The notes: generated by a model from the sequence alone, not told the origin. Shown: positions 10,848 through 20,501, counted from the stretch's first letter. The stretch: DNA of 64,000 nucleotides from a bacterium (GCA_963663405.2 CAXXSM010000036.1:62148-126147); one strand, 5' to 3'. Translations and numbers: made by a program.

Positions 10848-11273
10848 ATGTTACTTAAAACAGGGGCGATTCTGCTGACTATCAGTTCTGGATTCAATGC
10901 GTTACTCGCAAGTGCTATCCTAACGATCTTGATCATTTTCAAAAAAAACGCGCCGTTTCTTTATATTGTTTTTGACGAAACGGCGATCTCTCAACTGAAT
11001 TCAAAAATCATCGCCATGACAAATTCATTGGCCGTCTTGTTTAATGCAAGCGCGGCGTCGTTTTCTATTTTGAGTATTTATGTAATCTAGTCAGGTTTGG
11101 CGCAGGGGAATCCGTGGGCGTATTGGATTTTACTGATCACACATGGACTTTCGTTGGCCTGTGGATTTATGCCAGACGCAATGATTGGCAATCAAATCAT
11201 TGGCGCCAACTTGGTTTTCAGTGTTATCTTTCTCCTCGGTTTTGGTCTTGCCGGTTATGCGATTTACAGATGA
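10848..11273 (+). pseudogene. Small multi-pass membrane protein interrupted by an in-frame TAG at 11088-11090
   Basis: The hydrophobic frame continues after the TAG (SGLAQGNPWAYWILLITHGL...GFGLAGYAIYR) to TGA at 11271-11273. Confidence 0.65.
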
Positions 11274-11289
11274 CAAGACAAAATCAAAA

Positions 11290-11640
11290 GGGTGTAACTC
11301 GCGCTTCTCGCTATGCGGCCTGTTCCCAGATTTCATTGATCATCTCTTGATACGGATATAATTTATGTATGTTTTGTTGAATGCGACGGCGCTCTACAGG
11401 CGTTCCATAACGTGATAAATATCGATGATGCAGACTGTATCGACTTCATAGGCTTCGGTTTTTTCCACAACACCCGTTCCCCGTCCATCAAACAAACGAC
11501 CGCCTTTTTTCCAGCATAATTCGCCCAAGATTCAAAAGGCCGTTCCATAGATCTCTCTCGATTTGATCGATCGGGATTCCGTTTACGGCCGCTTCTTTCA
11601 CCTCATTCTACAACGCGGCAAACTGATCTTTCGACTTGAA
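11290..11640 (-). mobile_element. Internally deleted IS remnant, ISKra4-like (copy 1)
   Basis: Terminal IR GGGTGTAACTCGC at 11290-11302; transposase-like fragments IDQIERDLWNGLLNLGR, VVCLMDGERVLW and (other frame) CIIDIYHVMERL; about 230 bp similar to 17049-17279 in inverted orientation. Confidence 0.65.
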
Positions 11641-11937
11641 AATATTCACTAATATCGATGATCGCATATGTTGTTGTTATGCTTGAATCAGGCCACATAA
11701 TAGCGATTGAAAGAGTGTTATTTGCAGTTTTTTCAGATTTGATGAAAGGCAGTTTGATGTTTTTATTCAATTTATTAATCAAATCTTGAAATTCATTTCC
11801 TGTAAATGCAACTTTCTCTGATTGATCGAAAATTCACGATACGATTAAACAGATTCTATACCACTTTGGAAGAAGAAAAGCCATTGTATTTGTTACTATG
11901 AAACTGAAAAAATATATTGAACAAGAGTGGCAGCTCA

Positions 11938-14136
11938 TCAAAATGGATTTGAGGGTATGATTTCCCACGCCTTGACTGATTTGACATGAGCAGGCGCGCC
12001 ATTCGAGAATAGAGTCACGCCTACACTGTCTTTACGTGTTGGATAAATCCGCCTCATAACCGCCTGACGGCTATTGGAGAAGACTTCGACAACCGATTTA
12101 TCAATAAAAACACGCAGTGTGAGAGATTCGTTTTCTTTCAATTCCAATGGGCCCGCTTCGATTCCTTTTGGACTATTCGTTAATCCTGATTTGTTAGTAT
12201 CAATTTTCAGTTTGTTGTCAGTTGCGTCATAATAAACTAACGTTTCTTCCTCATGATCCGGCGCCACGCAAACCTTGAGACCATACTGTTTTGCCTCTTT
12301 GTTTTCGAATTGAATGGCAAGTTCTAGACTATTGCCATGAATTTCATTGAGACGCAATTCTGAATTTGCATCCACGACCAGGTTGTTTATCCGCTTAGGA
12401 TTGTACCGAAGGAGTTCGATTTCTTTGGGGACATCCATGCGTAGAGAGCCATCTTCCGCGAGTGACAATACACGCGGCAGACTCATTGTTCCTGACCAGC
12501 CGAAATCCTTGCGCACCCCAAATCCGGGTGTATCAAATATCCACGCCCACATGATCCGGCGCCCTCGATCGTCAAGAAGACTCTCCGGAGCGAAGAATGA
12601 ATTATCCACCCAACTCATTTTCTCATGAAACTCCGGATGGAACTGTTCATTCTCCCAACGGCCAAGATAGTAGCGGCATCCGAGTTTATGACTGATGCAA
12701 AGAAGCATACGCCGATCGCCGATTTTGAAAAAGTCCGCGCAGGATACATCCTCATCGATCGAAACGCCATCGACGGGATTGGCCATCAAATCGCCTACGT
12801 ACTTCCATTCCCCCGCCATACTGGGACTCTTCACAACGGCGGGGCGGTTACCGCCAAAGATCGCATAATAGGAATCATCCTCAACCCAACCATAGGGATC
12901 CCATGACCGGTATTTGCCATGAGAAGGATCCCCCTCGGTTGTCTTCGGTGTGATCGGATTTGTGTCGAGTTTTTTCCATTGATTTAAATCATCGTCAAGC
13001 GCAACCGCCAACGCATTCCCTTGGCCAACCTGGTGATAACACATCGTAGGGACGCCGTCTTTATTGAGAAAGCAGTTTCCGCTGAACATCCCACCAATCA
13101 GGTTGGTATCATGAAAACGCCAGTGGAACAGATCTGTGCTGGATACATGCCCCCAATGATGATCTTGTTGGCCATTACGATCATCCTGGAAAATATAGAA
13201 AAGGTGATACCGGCCCTTCCAATAGATTGCGCCATTCGGATCGAAAGGCATACAAACGCCTTCCGGAACAACAAAGTGATAGCCAGGTCGATGAGGATCA
13301 CGGAGGAGTTTCTCACGAAAGGCGCGGGAACAATCAGCGGGCGTTCTTTGCGCGATCGCCGCATTTTCGAGTGGCTCCGCGGAATTCGAAGCCATCATAT
13401 ACGCGCCTCCCTCTTCAAGTATGAGTTTCCCATCCTTAACGCTTGCTTTACCAAAGAGCATACTCGATGAATAGGTTTTCATTGAATCAAAGAGAGTCCC
13501 GTCCTCAAAATGCCACCATGCCAAAGGCTTAGGATCCGATTGTGTGTTTGGTTTCAATCCGGCGATCGTCTCTTCGCTAAGCGCTTTGTCATAAATCCTA
13601 GCGTCATCGATTTGACCGGAAAAGAATCGATTATTTGGATTGGCGTCGAGATGCCGCAAGCCGAGTAAGACTTTGCTATCCATTCCGAACGATTCCGCGC
13701 CTGACGTTTCATACTCCGCATAGAGGCTTCCATTGCGATACATCGTAATATGGGCGCCCTTATAAACGATGGCGATTTGTACGAACGTTCCAGAATCAAC
13801 CGTTTCGTTGGGAAAGTGATCTTGTTCTTTATGTGTACGGCTGAAACTGTTACTGCCGGGCATCCACTTTGATTTCGCAATCTCACCAAAAACGATACTA
13901 TCAAACACTCCGCCCGATTTCTCGATCGTCAAAACACCTCCCCCCCTCTGATTCAAGTTGGCGGGAGAAACCCAAACGGCCAATGTCTTATCTGTAATAA
14001 CGATTTCGGATTCTGTTGCGAGCGCTGTTATCGAAAGAATCATGAAACTGGAAATGAGAAAAAATGATAGTTTCATTTTCCAATTCAATGGTGTCAACAT
14101 GAAATCCATCCTTTCCGTTTGAGCGTTGTGAATCAA
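11938..14136 (-). CDS. Secreted GH32-like glycoside hydrolase with N-terminal LamG-like domain
   Basis: FDPNG, YHLFY, WGHVSSTDLFHW, FSG, WDP, FFAPES, MSLPR, FIDKSVVEVF; LamG motif FSGQIDDARIYDKALS. Confidence 0.88.
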   Translation of the reverse strand: MIHNAQTERMDFMLTPLNWKMKLSFFLISSFMILSITALATESEIVITDKTLAVWVSPANLNQRGGGVLTIEKSGGVFDSIVFGEIAKSKWMPGSNSFSRTHKEQDHFPNETVDSGTFVQIAIVYKGAHITMYRNGSLYAEYETSGAESFGMDSKVLLGLRHLDANPNNRFFSGQIDDARIYDKALSEETIAGLKPNTQSDPKPLAWWHFEDGTLFDSMKTYSSSMLFGKASVKDGKLILEEGGAYMMASNSAEPLENAAIAQRTPADCSRAFREKLLRDPHRPGYHFVVPEGVCMPFDPNGAIYWKGRYHLFYIFQDDRNGQQDHHWGHVSSTDLFHWRFHDTNLIGGMFSGNCFLNKDGVPTMCYHQVGQGNALAVALDDDLNQWKKLDTNPITPKTTEGDPSHGKYRSWDPYGWVEDDSYYAIFGGNRPAVVKSPSMAGEWKYVGDLMANPVDGVSIDEDVSCADFFKIGDRRMLLCISHKLGCRYYLGRWENEQFHPEFHEKMSWVDNSFFAPESLLDDRGRRIMWAWIFDTPGFGVRKDFGWSGTMSLPRVLSLAEDGSLRMDVPKEIELLRYNPKRINNLVVDANSELRLNEIHGNSLELAIQFENKEAKQYGLKVCVAPDHEEETLVYYDATDNKLKIDTNKSGLTNSPKGIEAGPLELKENESLTLRVFIDKSVVEVFSNSRQAVMRRIYPTRKDSVGVTLFSNGAPAHVKSVKAWEIIPSNPF

Positions 14137-14431
14137 TCAAGCACATGATTGTACCATAATAGAGTCAGCGTCATCTACTCCTGTGCGGCGCGTATATTCC
14201 TAGCGGTGGGATCGTACCATCAAAAGGCAGAATGAAGCAATAGGCGCCGTATCTGACCGCAATCATTTCGGATCTTGACGCTACAGTGGGCTTCTGCGAG
14301 AATCGTAATGATTCAATCGCAAGGTTGTTACGATACGGATTTCAAATAATGAGTCGCTATAAGATCTCTGGCCAGTTGTTATTACTGAACCGGTATTTTG
14401 TATAAATACCTGTTTAACGCAAATCATCGGA

Positions 14432-15982
14432 TTGACATTTCGACTCTCAAATGGAGCTGCCATGCGCCATCGAAAACGAAAGCCTGTTTATTACTGTTTG
14501 CTGATCATCTTATTATCTGTCTTATCGTTCTCGGTGATTGGCAGCGAACCAGAGAGTATTTTCAACGAAGAATCCGGCTACACGAGGTATGTCCGATCCC
14601 ATCTGGATTGCGTGACACTGCGTTCCGCCGACAGATATGGCTCGGTCCACACACGGATGTGGTTGGCGGCGATCGATATCACGACAGGCGGCTTACCGGA
14701 AAGTCCGTTGCCGCGTGAGTTGCGATGGTACAGGAAGATTACTTCTCCAAACGGCTCGAATCTTTACTGGGACCAACCGACAATTCTTGCCGCTTATGCG
14801 TTGAGCGAATACACGAACGAAAAACGCTATGCCAATAGCGCTGATGGTTACATCCTTGATTTTCTCAAACGGTGCGTGGCCGAAAAGAGTGGTTTGTTTC
14901 AATGGGGAAATCACATCTACTACGATGTGGTGCGCGATCAAGTTCACCCTTTCAATGGTGGATATCATGAATGCCGTCCCCACACACCCGCTTGGGAAAC
15001 GTTTTGGAAACACGATCCGGAAACGGCCGCGGCTGCGATTCGAGCGATGGGACAAGCCCACATCAAGAACAAAGAGTCCGGTCAATTCTGCCGTCACGCA
15101 AATCCGAACGCCACTCCCGGCAAATTCACAGAGGAGGAAGCCAAATACGCAATGCCGTTTCTCGAGGCCGGAGCGTCTCTGATTGATTCGTTGTGCTGGT
15201 TGGCGAAACAAACCGAAGATCGCAAAGGAGAACTGATGGAGTTGGCATTACTTGCGGCTCAATACAGTTTTGCTCAGCGTGACGTAACGACGGGGCTGCT
15301 GCGGAATCAGCCGGTGGAAAAGCGGTGGGACTACTACGCGTCGACAACCGAGATCGGTTTGTGGGCAGGCAGTCTGCTGCGAGCAAGCGAATACACGGGC
15401 GAGGAAGAGTTCGGACAAATTGCAGAGGCCGCGATGCGATCTTGGCTCCAATTTGGCTTCGACGAGAACACCGGCAAGTACTACGGACGGTTGGCCGTGG
15501 AAAGTGGCCTTCCTCAGCCGCCCGAGGCGCCACGAGGTTGGATACCGCCCATGTATGCGGAAGTTTTCGATATCCACGAGCGTCCGACGCATAACTATCC
15601 AATGCCGATGGCGGAGACGTGTCTGCGGCTCTACGAAAAAACGCGGGATCCCCTCTTCGGACAAGCCGTCGAGCGATGGGTGACTCACATCCGCAACAGC
15701 CTGCCGGCCAATGACGGCCGAGGCGCCTACGCGGAAGATTACGGCCGGGTAATTCATTTTCTAACTCGGGCCTCTTTGTCGTTGAGCCGCTCGGAATATC
15801 GGACGCTCGCGCAACAAATCGCTGATGAAGCGATCGGCCACTTGTTTGTGGAGGAGGCGGGTATGTTTTGCAGCCACCCCGGTGAAGATCGCTGTGACGC
15901 CGTTGATGGTCCGGGCATTCTGTTGCTGGCCCTGCTGTATTTAGACACCGGAATGGAACCCGAAAGCGCATTTGCATTTTAG
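14432..15982 (+). CDS. Secreted alpha-helical barrel protein, loosely similar to PL2 pectate lyases
   Basis: Signal peptide (likely start 14462); SNLYWDQP, YANSADGY, SGLFQWGNH. Family assignment from memory only. Confidence 0.55.
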   Translation: MTFRLSNGAAMRHRKRKPVYYCLLIILLSVLSFSVIGSEPESIFNEESGYTRYVRSHLDCVTLRSADRYGSVHTRMWLAAIDITTGGLPESPLPRELRWYRKITSPNGSNLYWDQPTILAAYALSEYTNEKRYANSADGYILDFLKRCVAEKSGLFQWGNHIYYDVVRDQVHPFNGGYHECRPHTPAWETFWKHDPETAAAAIRAMGQAHIKNKESGQFCRHANPNATPGKFTEEEAKYAMPFLEAGASLIDSLCWLAKQTEDRKGELMELALLAAQYSFAQRDVTTGLLRNQPVEKRWDYYASTTEIGLWAGSLLRASEYTGEEEFGQIAEAAMRSWLQFGFDENTGKYYGRLAVESGLPQPPEAPRGWIPPMYAEVFDIHERPTHNYPMPMAETCLRLYEKTRDPLFGQAVERWVTHIRNSLPANDGRGAYAEDYGRVIHFLTRASLSLSRSEYRTLAQQIADEAIGHLFVEEAGMFCSHPGEDRCDAVDGPGILLLALLYLDTGMEPESAFAF

Positions 15983-16071
15983 TGGGGATAAAAACCAGTG
16001 GCCAATACAGTTGCGCGATGAGCGGATGGTCACGGCTGCTTTAACCGCTCCGCAAACATTGAATTTTTTAT

Positions 16072-16571
16072 GGCTCATCCGGAAATTGGGCGCATTGCGT
16101 TTTTTCTTAGGAAATTTCACCATATTTTGTAAGTTTTATCATTGTGATACCTCAAATTTCCTAGGAAAAAAGCATCGATACTCCGTGATCTGTTAAATGT
16201 CAAAAGTAATCTGTCAAATATTTGTGTATCTTATTCTATGATTATCTAATCTTTGAATAGACTATCGGAATATTGATTATTGGGTGTTTTGCAATCTGTT
16301 TTTTAAAATGATCAATACAAGGATTTCTTTAAATCTTAGCAAGTTTTTCAAGATTCTTAAGTATAGAATATTCAATCAGTTATTAACAAAGAAAAAATAG
16401 AATTGGTATTATCCGTATAACTGTGGAGCGTGTGGATAACGGCTTTATCGTTATCCAAGTGGCTGTGGGCAATATCGATAGATTTGTCCACAGACACGTC
16501 ACGATCCATAGGGCTTTCGATTACACTTTTTATTAAAAATTCAATCGATGTGCCCAATTTCCGGATGAACC
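16072..16571. mobile_element. 500-bp MITE, ISL3-like ends
   Basis: 24-bp terminal IRs GG(C/T)TCATCCGGAAATTGGGC(G/A)CAT at 16072-16095 and 16548-16571; perfect 8-bp direct repeat TTTTTTAT at 16064-16071 and 16572-16579; no transposase. Confidence 0.85.
16409..16492. promoter_or_regulatory. Cluster of DnaA-box-like 9-mers
   Basis: Perfect TGTGGATAA at 16431; TTGTCCACA at 16484 (1 mismatch); TTATCCGTA at 16409, TTATCCAAG at 16451 and TGTGGGCAA at 16464 (2 mismatches each). Confidence 0.5.
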
Positions 16572-16920
16572 TTTTTTATAGTAAATCCGAGAAAATTGTG
16601 TCAAGTGTAGCTTGGATCGCTGTAAGTATTATTGACCCGGATTTAAAAGACGCTTTTTAACAGCCGTTAGCACATGGTTTTTGATTTTTCTCATTTCGTT
16701 GGCGCCGATAAATCTCCAATTCTGGTTCCGATTGGTAAAATTTAATCGTGTAAAATCAAATCTCAACTTTCCCATTCTCATTTTTGACCAAGAAGTTAAG
16801 TAATCTTTGGATCCGATTCCTTCCTGCTCAACGAGTCGAGAGTATAAGAGCCTTGAGGATCAATGGAGTCGCTGCATGAATTATGTCCATAGAGGTTCGA
16901 TTTACAAGTCTGAATCAAAC

Positions 16921-17279
16921 GGGTGTAACCCGCTGAGTTCGATTTCATAACGTATTGATAGTATTATAATTAGTGTAATTATTGGCTTGTTGAAAAGGGC
17001 CTTAACAGGTATAACATTAGTCCATGAAAACTATGTATATCCTGACTGATTATGCTGGAAAAAAGGCGGTCGTTTGTTTGATGGTCGGGGAACGGGCGTT
17101 GTGGAAAAAAGCCAAGGCCATGAAGTCGATACAGTCTGCATCATTGACATTTATCACGTCATGGAACGCCTGTGAAGCGCCGTCGCATTCAACAAAACAT
17201 ACATAGATTATATCCGTATCGAGAGATGATCAATGTAATCTGGGAACAGACTGCATTGCGAGGAGCGCGAGTTACACTC
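16921..17279 (+). mobile_element. 359-bp non-autonomous ISKra4-like element (copy 2)
   Basis: Left IR GGGTGTAACCCGC at 16921, right IR GCGAGTTACACTC at 17267-17279; same transposase fragment as copy 1. Confidence 0.7.
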
Positions 17280-17299
17280 TTTTCTTTGATAGAGGGATC

Positions 17300-17410
17300 G
17301 TGTGATTGTCTGAACCATGATTCGAAGGATTATAGGATTTCCATGATTAATAATTACGCAGGCCTGAGCCGTGCGTAGGCGGCTTGAATCATGCAAATCG
17401 AGAAAATCAA
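17300..17410 (+). repeat. Palindromic TGTCTGAACC-type dispersed repeat (copy A, 3' arm truncated)
   Basis: GTGTGATTGTCTGAACCATGATT...GGATTTCCATGATT...AGGCCTGAGCCG...GAAAATCAA, matching 20734-20855 in direct orientation. Confidence 0.8.
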
Positions 17411-17670
17411 TGACGTGTTAGCTTAAAAGTGCCTATGCTATGTAATTATGGTGTTTTCAAAGGTTATATCTTCTCCTCAATAAAAAGGGATTGGTGAATA
17501 TTTGTATTGTAATGATTCGTTCCATTTTTTTTGTGAATGTGAATATAGTATTGACATGAAATTCATTTTGATGATAGTATTGATTTACATTTTTTTCTGT
17601 TGACTTACTTTTTTTAGATCCATAAAGTGGATCTGTCTGGGTTGAGTGAGGGAAGTTTTTCCCAATACAG

Positions 17671-17750
17671 TCAGATAAAGCCAAACCTGTTGTGAAACAG
17701 GGACGGAAAGCTGCGGGTCTTGTTTATAAAGAGACAGCCGGGCCGCCTGA
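17671..17750 (+). ncRNA. Cyclic di-GMP-I (GEMM) riboswitch aptamer
   Basis: GCCAAACC...GTGAA...GGGACGGAAAGC...GGGTCT...GACAGCCGGGCCGCC matches the GEMM-I consensus; TCAG/CTGA closing stem; lies in the 5' UTR of the gene at 17823. Confidence 0.9.
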
Positions 17751-17778
17751 GTGAGTTTGTAGGCGGCTCGGTTTTTTT
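17738..17778 (+). terminator. Intrinsic terminator overlapping the 3' side of the aptamer (expression platform)
   Basis: CCGGGCCGCCT (17738-17748) pairs with AGGCGGCTCGG (17761-17771), followed by T7. Confidence 0.85.
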
Positions 17779-17822
17779 ATGTTTCAATAAAAATTGACAT
17801 TCCATTATCAAGGAGGCTGTTC

Positions 17823-20492
17823 ATGTTAGAGAGAACGGTTCGTTTCATCACAGTATTGTTTGTTTCCGTATTTTTTACATCTTTAGCGAGCGCAGCGGTG
17901 CCGGGGATTATTGGGTACCAGGGACGAGTGATGGTGGATGGATCACCCTTTGATGGGACGGGACATTTCAAGTTCGCGATCGTGACATCCACCGGTGAGA
18001 TTTTATGGAGCAACGATGGGACGGCCGGGACGAATCTCGTTCCCGGTTCCGCGGTTTCGCTTTCCGTGAACGAAGGATTGTTCTCGCTTGGATTGGGGGA
18101 TACGAATCTGGAAAAAATGGATTATGTGATTCCGCCGGATATTTTCAGTAATCCGGAAGTCTATCTGCGGGTCTGGTTCAGTTCGGATGGATCAACGTTT
18201 GAGCAACTCTCGACCGATCAGCGGATTCTGGTTGTCGGCTATGCGATGGAAGCGGCGCATGCGGAAGAAGCCGATCAGGCGGCCACATCGAATCACGCCG
18301 ATGTGGCGGATGCCTTAACCGGTTTCGATATCACAACGCTCTGGGGGCTGACAGGCAACGCGGGGACCACGCCCGGAACTGATTTTCTGGGGACAACGGA
18401 TAATCAGGCTCTCGAATTCAAAGTGAACAGTCTACGCGCGATGCGGCTGGAACCGAATCCCTTCTCTCCCAATGTCATTGGTGGAAATCCTGGAAACAGC
18501 GTCACAGCGGGGATGTATGGCGCTAGTATTGGTGGTGGTGGACAGGGAGGACAACTCAATCAAGTAACCGCCCATTTTGGAACCATCGGTGGTGGCCGAA
18601 ACAATACGGCAGGAGCTGTCGATTCGACCATTGGAGGAGGATTTACTAATACCGCATCCGGTGAAAGAGCTACCGTTGGTGGAGGACAAGGCAACACCGC
18701 GAGTGGGAATTATGGAACCGTCGCGGGAGGGCAAAGCAACACCGCGGAAGGGAATTATGGAACTGTACCGGGAGGATTGGATAACACTGCGGAGGGAATC
18801 TTAAGTTTCGCGGCGGGCCGAAGGGCAAAAGCGTTGCACGATGGTAGTTTCGTCTGGGGAGACAAAACCAACGCAGATATTGAATCCACAGGGGAAAATC
18901 AGTTTGTGGTTCGGGCCAATGGGGGGACGTTTATTCATGGAAATATGGATGTTTCGGGAACGGCTGAAGTGGATCAACTTACTGTTACAGGAACGTTAAC
19001 CGCTGATACATTCAAAGCGAAAGATTCTGATCACGCCGATGTAGCGGATACCCTAACCGGATTCGATCCCAATTCAAAATGGGGACTCTCTGGTAATACG
19101 GGAACGATTCCGGGGACTGATTTTCTAGGCACAACGGACAACCAGGCTCTTGAATTCAAAGTGAACAATCAACGCGTGATGCGGCTGGAACCAAACTCCT
19201 TCTCTCCCAATATCATTAGTGGGAATCCTGGAAACAGTGTTACAGCAGGGATGTATGGCGCCACTATTGGTGGTGGTGGGCAGGGACAGGGAAATCAACT
19301 TAACCAAGTAACCGCCCATTATGGAACCATCGGTGGTGGCCGAAACAATACGGCAGGAGCTGTCGATTCGACCATTGGAGGAGGATTTACTAATACCGCA
19401 TCCGGTGAAAGAGCTACCGTTGGTGGAGGACAAGGCAACACCGCGAGTGGGAATTATGGAACCGTCGCGGGAGGGCAAAGCAACACTGCGGAGGGAATCT
19501 TAAGTTTCGCGGCGGGGCGAAGGGCGAAAGCGCTGCATGATGGAAGTTTCGTCTGGGGTGACAAAACCAACGCGGATATTGAATCCACAGGGGAAAACCA
19601 ATTTGTGGTGCGCGCGAATGGCGGGACGTTCATTCATGGAGATCTCACTGTTACCGGAAATGTATCGGTGCCAGCGAAATGGCCAAGTGGATTTGAGGTA
19701 ATTACGGTCAATCTACCTAATCTAGCGGCCGGTTCCAAACCATTACAACTTGTCAATATAAACGCGGGGGTATTTCGAATAGGTAGCCTGAACAGCGATC
19801 CGGATGCAGACTCTTTGGAGAAACCTCAACATAGTGTATTTATCAGTAAGGATTATTACATGGGGAAGTATGAGGTGACGCAGGCGCAGTGGGAGGCGGT
19901 GATGGATGGGAATCCATGGGGAATCAGTACAACTCCTTCGTATTTTAGCGGGAACGACCGTCCTGTGGAGATGGTTAGTTGGTACGATTGCGCGCGATTT
20001 TGCAATCGATTAAGTGAGATGGAGGGAAGGACGTCCGTGTACGATCTGTCAACGTGGGCGATTGATTATGAAGCGGATGGGTATCGGATGCCGACGGAGG
20101 CGGAATGGGAGAACGCGTGCCGCGCGGGGACTACGACGCGGTATTATTGGGGGGATGATTTGAGTTATACGGAGATCGGGGATTACGCTTGGTATTATTA
20201 TAATTCATCGTCACAAACACATGAAGCCGGTTTAAAACTACCAAATGCCTGGGGCCTATATGATATGAGTGGAAATGTCTGGGAATGGTCTAATGATTGG
20301 TATAGTAGCACGTATTATACCATTGAAAATAAAATCGATCCAACCGGTGCGGCAACGGGCTCGCTCCGTGTGCTTCGCGGTGGCGGTTGGGGCTACGGCG
20401 CCGAGGACTGCCGGTCTGCGTTTCGCTACTACTACTCGCCCGGCAACCGCGCCAGCTCCGTTGGCTTCCGGCTCCTGAGGTCTTACCCTTGA
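17823..20492 (+). CDS. Secreted fibre/adhesin-like protein with Gly-rich 14-aa repeats and a C-terminal FGE-sulfatase (CLec-fold) domain; probable DGR target
   Basis: AGGAGG RBS, signal peptide, YQGR...GLFS...YA N-domain, xTVGGGxxNTAxG repeats, then YEVTQAQW, PVEMVSWYD, RMPTEAEWE, NAWGLYDMSGNVWEW, RVLRGGGW, GFR. Confidence 0.9.
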   Translation: MLERTVRFITVLFVSVFFTSLASAAVPGIIGYQGRVMVDGSPFDGTGHFKFAIVTSTGEILWSNDGTAGTNLVPGSAVSLSVNEGLFSLGLGDTNLEKMDYVIPPDIFSNPEVYLRVWFSSDGSTFEQLSTDQRILVVGYAMEAAHAEEADQAATSNHADVADALTGFDITTLWGLTGNAGTTPGTDFLGTTDNQALEFKVNSLRAMRLEPNPFSPNVIGGNPGNSVTAGMYGASIGGGGQGGQLNQVTAHFGTIGGGRNNTAGAVDSTIGGGFTNTASGERATVGGGQGNTASGNYGTVAGGQSNTAEGNYGTVPGGLDNTAEGILSFAAGRRAKALHDGSFVWGDKTNADIESTGENQFVVRANGGTFIHGNMDVSGTAEVDQLTVTGTLTADTFKAKDSDHADVADTLTGFDPNSKWGLSGNTGTIPGTDFLGTTDNQALEFKVNNQRVMRLEPNSFSPNIISGNPGNSVTAGMYGATIGGGGQGQGNQLNQVTAHYGTIGGGRNNTAGAVDSTIGGGFTNTASGERATVGGGQGNTASGNYGTVAGGQSNTAEGILSFAAGRRAKALHDGSFVWGDKTNADIESTGENQFVVRANGGTFIHGDLTVTGNVSVPAKWPSGFEVITVNLPNLAAGSKPLQLVNINAGVFRIGSLNSDPDADSLEKPQHSVFISKDYYMGKYEVTQAQWEAVMDGNPWGISTTPSYFSGNDRPVEMVSWYDCARFCNRLSEMEGRTSVYDLSTWAIDYEADGYRMPTEAEWENACRAGTTTRYYWGDDLSYTEIGDYAWYYYNSSSQTHEAGLKLPNAWGLYDMSGNVWEWSNDWYSSTYYTIENKIDPTGAATGSLRVLRGGGWGYGAEDCRSAFRYYYSPGNRASSVGFRLLRSYP
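18291..19640 (+). repeat. Internal duplication of the fibre module (about 18291-18940 and 19029-19640)
   Basis: Both copies run from HADVAD.LTGFD to ANGGTFIHG; the core 18579-18742 / 19323-19485 appears identical at nucleotide level. Confidence 0.9.
20358..20492 (+). other. Putative DGR variable region (VR)
   Basis: Abrupt shift to GC-rich, adenine-poor codons; NNC triplets ggc-tac-ggc, tac-tac-tac and gcc-agc-tcc between invariant RGGxW, CRSA.R and GFR anchors. Confidence 0.7.
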
Positions 20493-20501
20493 GTGCTTTT
20501 A

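Noticed and set aside
11088-11090. Pyrrolysine or stop-codon reassignment
   Set aside because: TAG terminates other genes in the window and no pyl genes are present.
11938-11980. GH32 C-terminus (KAWEIIPSNPF) as another Trp-tail example
   Set aside because: The spacing differs and this is the normal last strand of the GH32 C-terminal domain.
14693-15977. Several long minus-strand ORFs
   Set aside because: Antisense to the GC-rich 14432-15982 gene and without protein-like motifs.
16200-16500. Chromosomal oriC
   Set aside because: The boxes lie inside a MITE with a target duplication, only one is perfect, and no dnaA, dnaN or gidA is nearby. GC skew could not be computed.
11363-17206. Near-identical 60-aa ORFs at 11363-11548 and 17024-17206 as a small-protein family
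   Set aside because: They are frameshifted transposase fragments inside the repeated IS remnants.
17671-17750. 3',3'-cGAMP (GEMM-Ib) riboswitch
   Set aside because: The scaffold resembles that subclass, but the discriminator position is G, not A.
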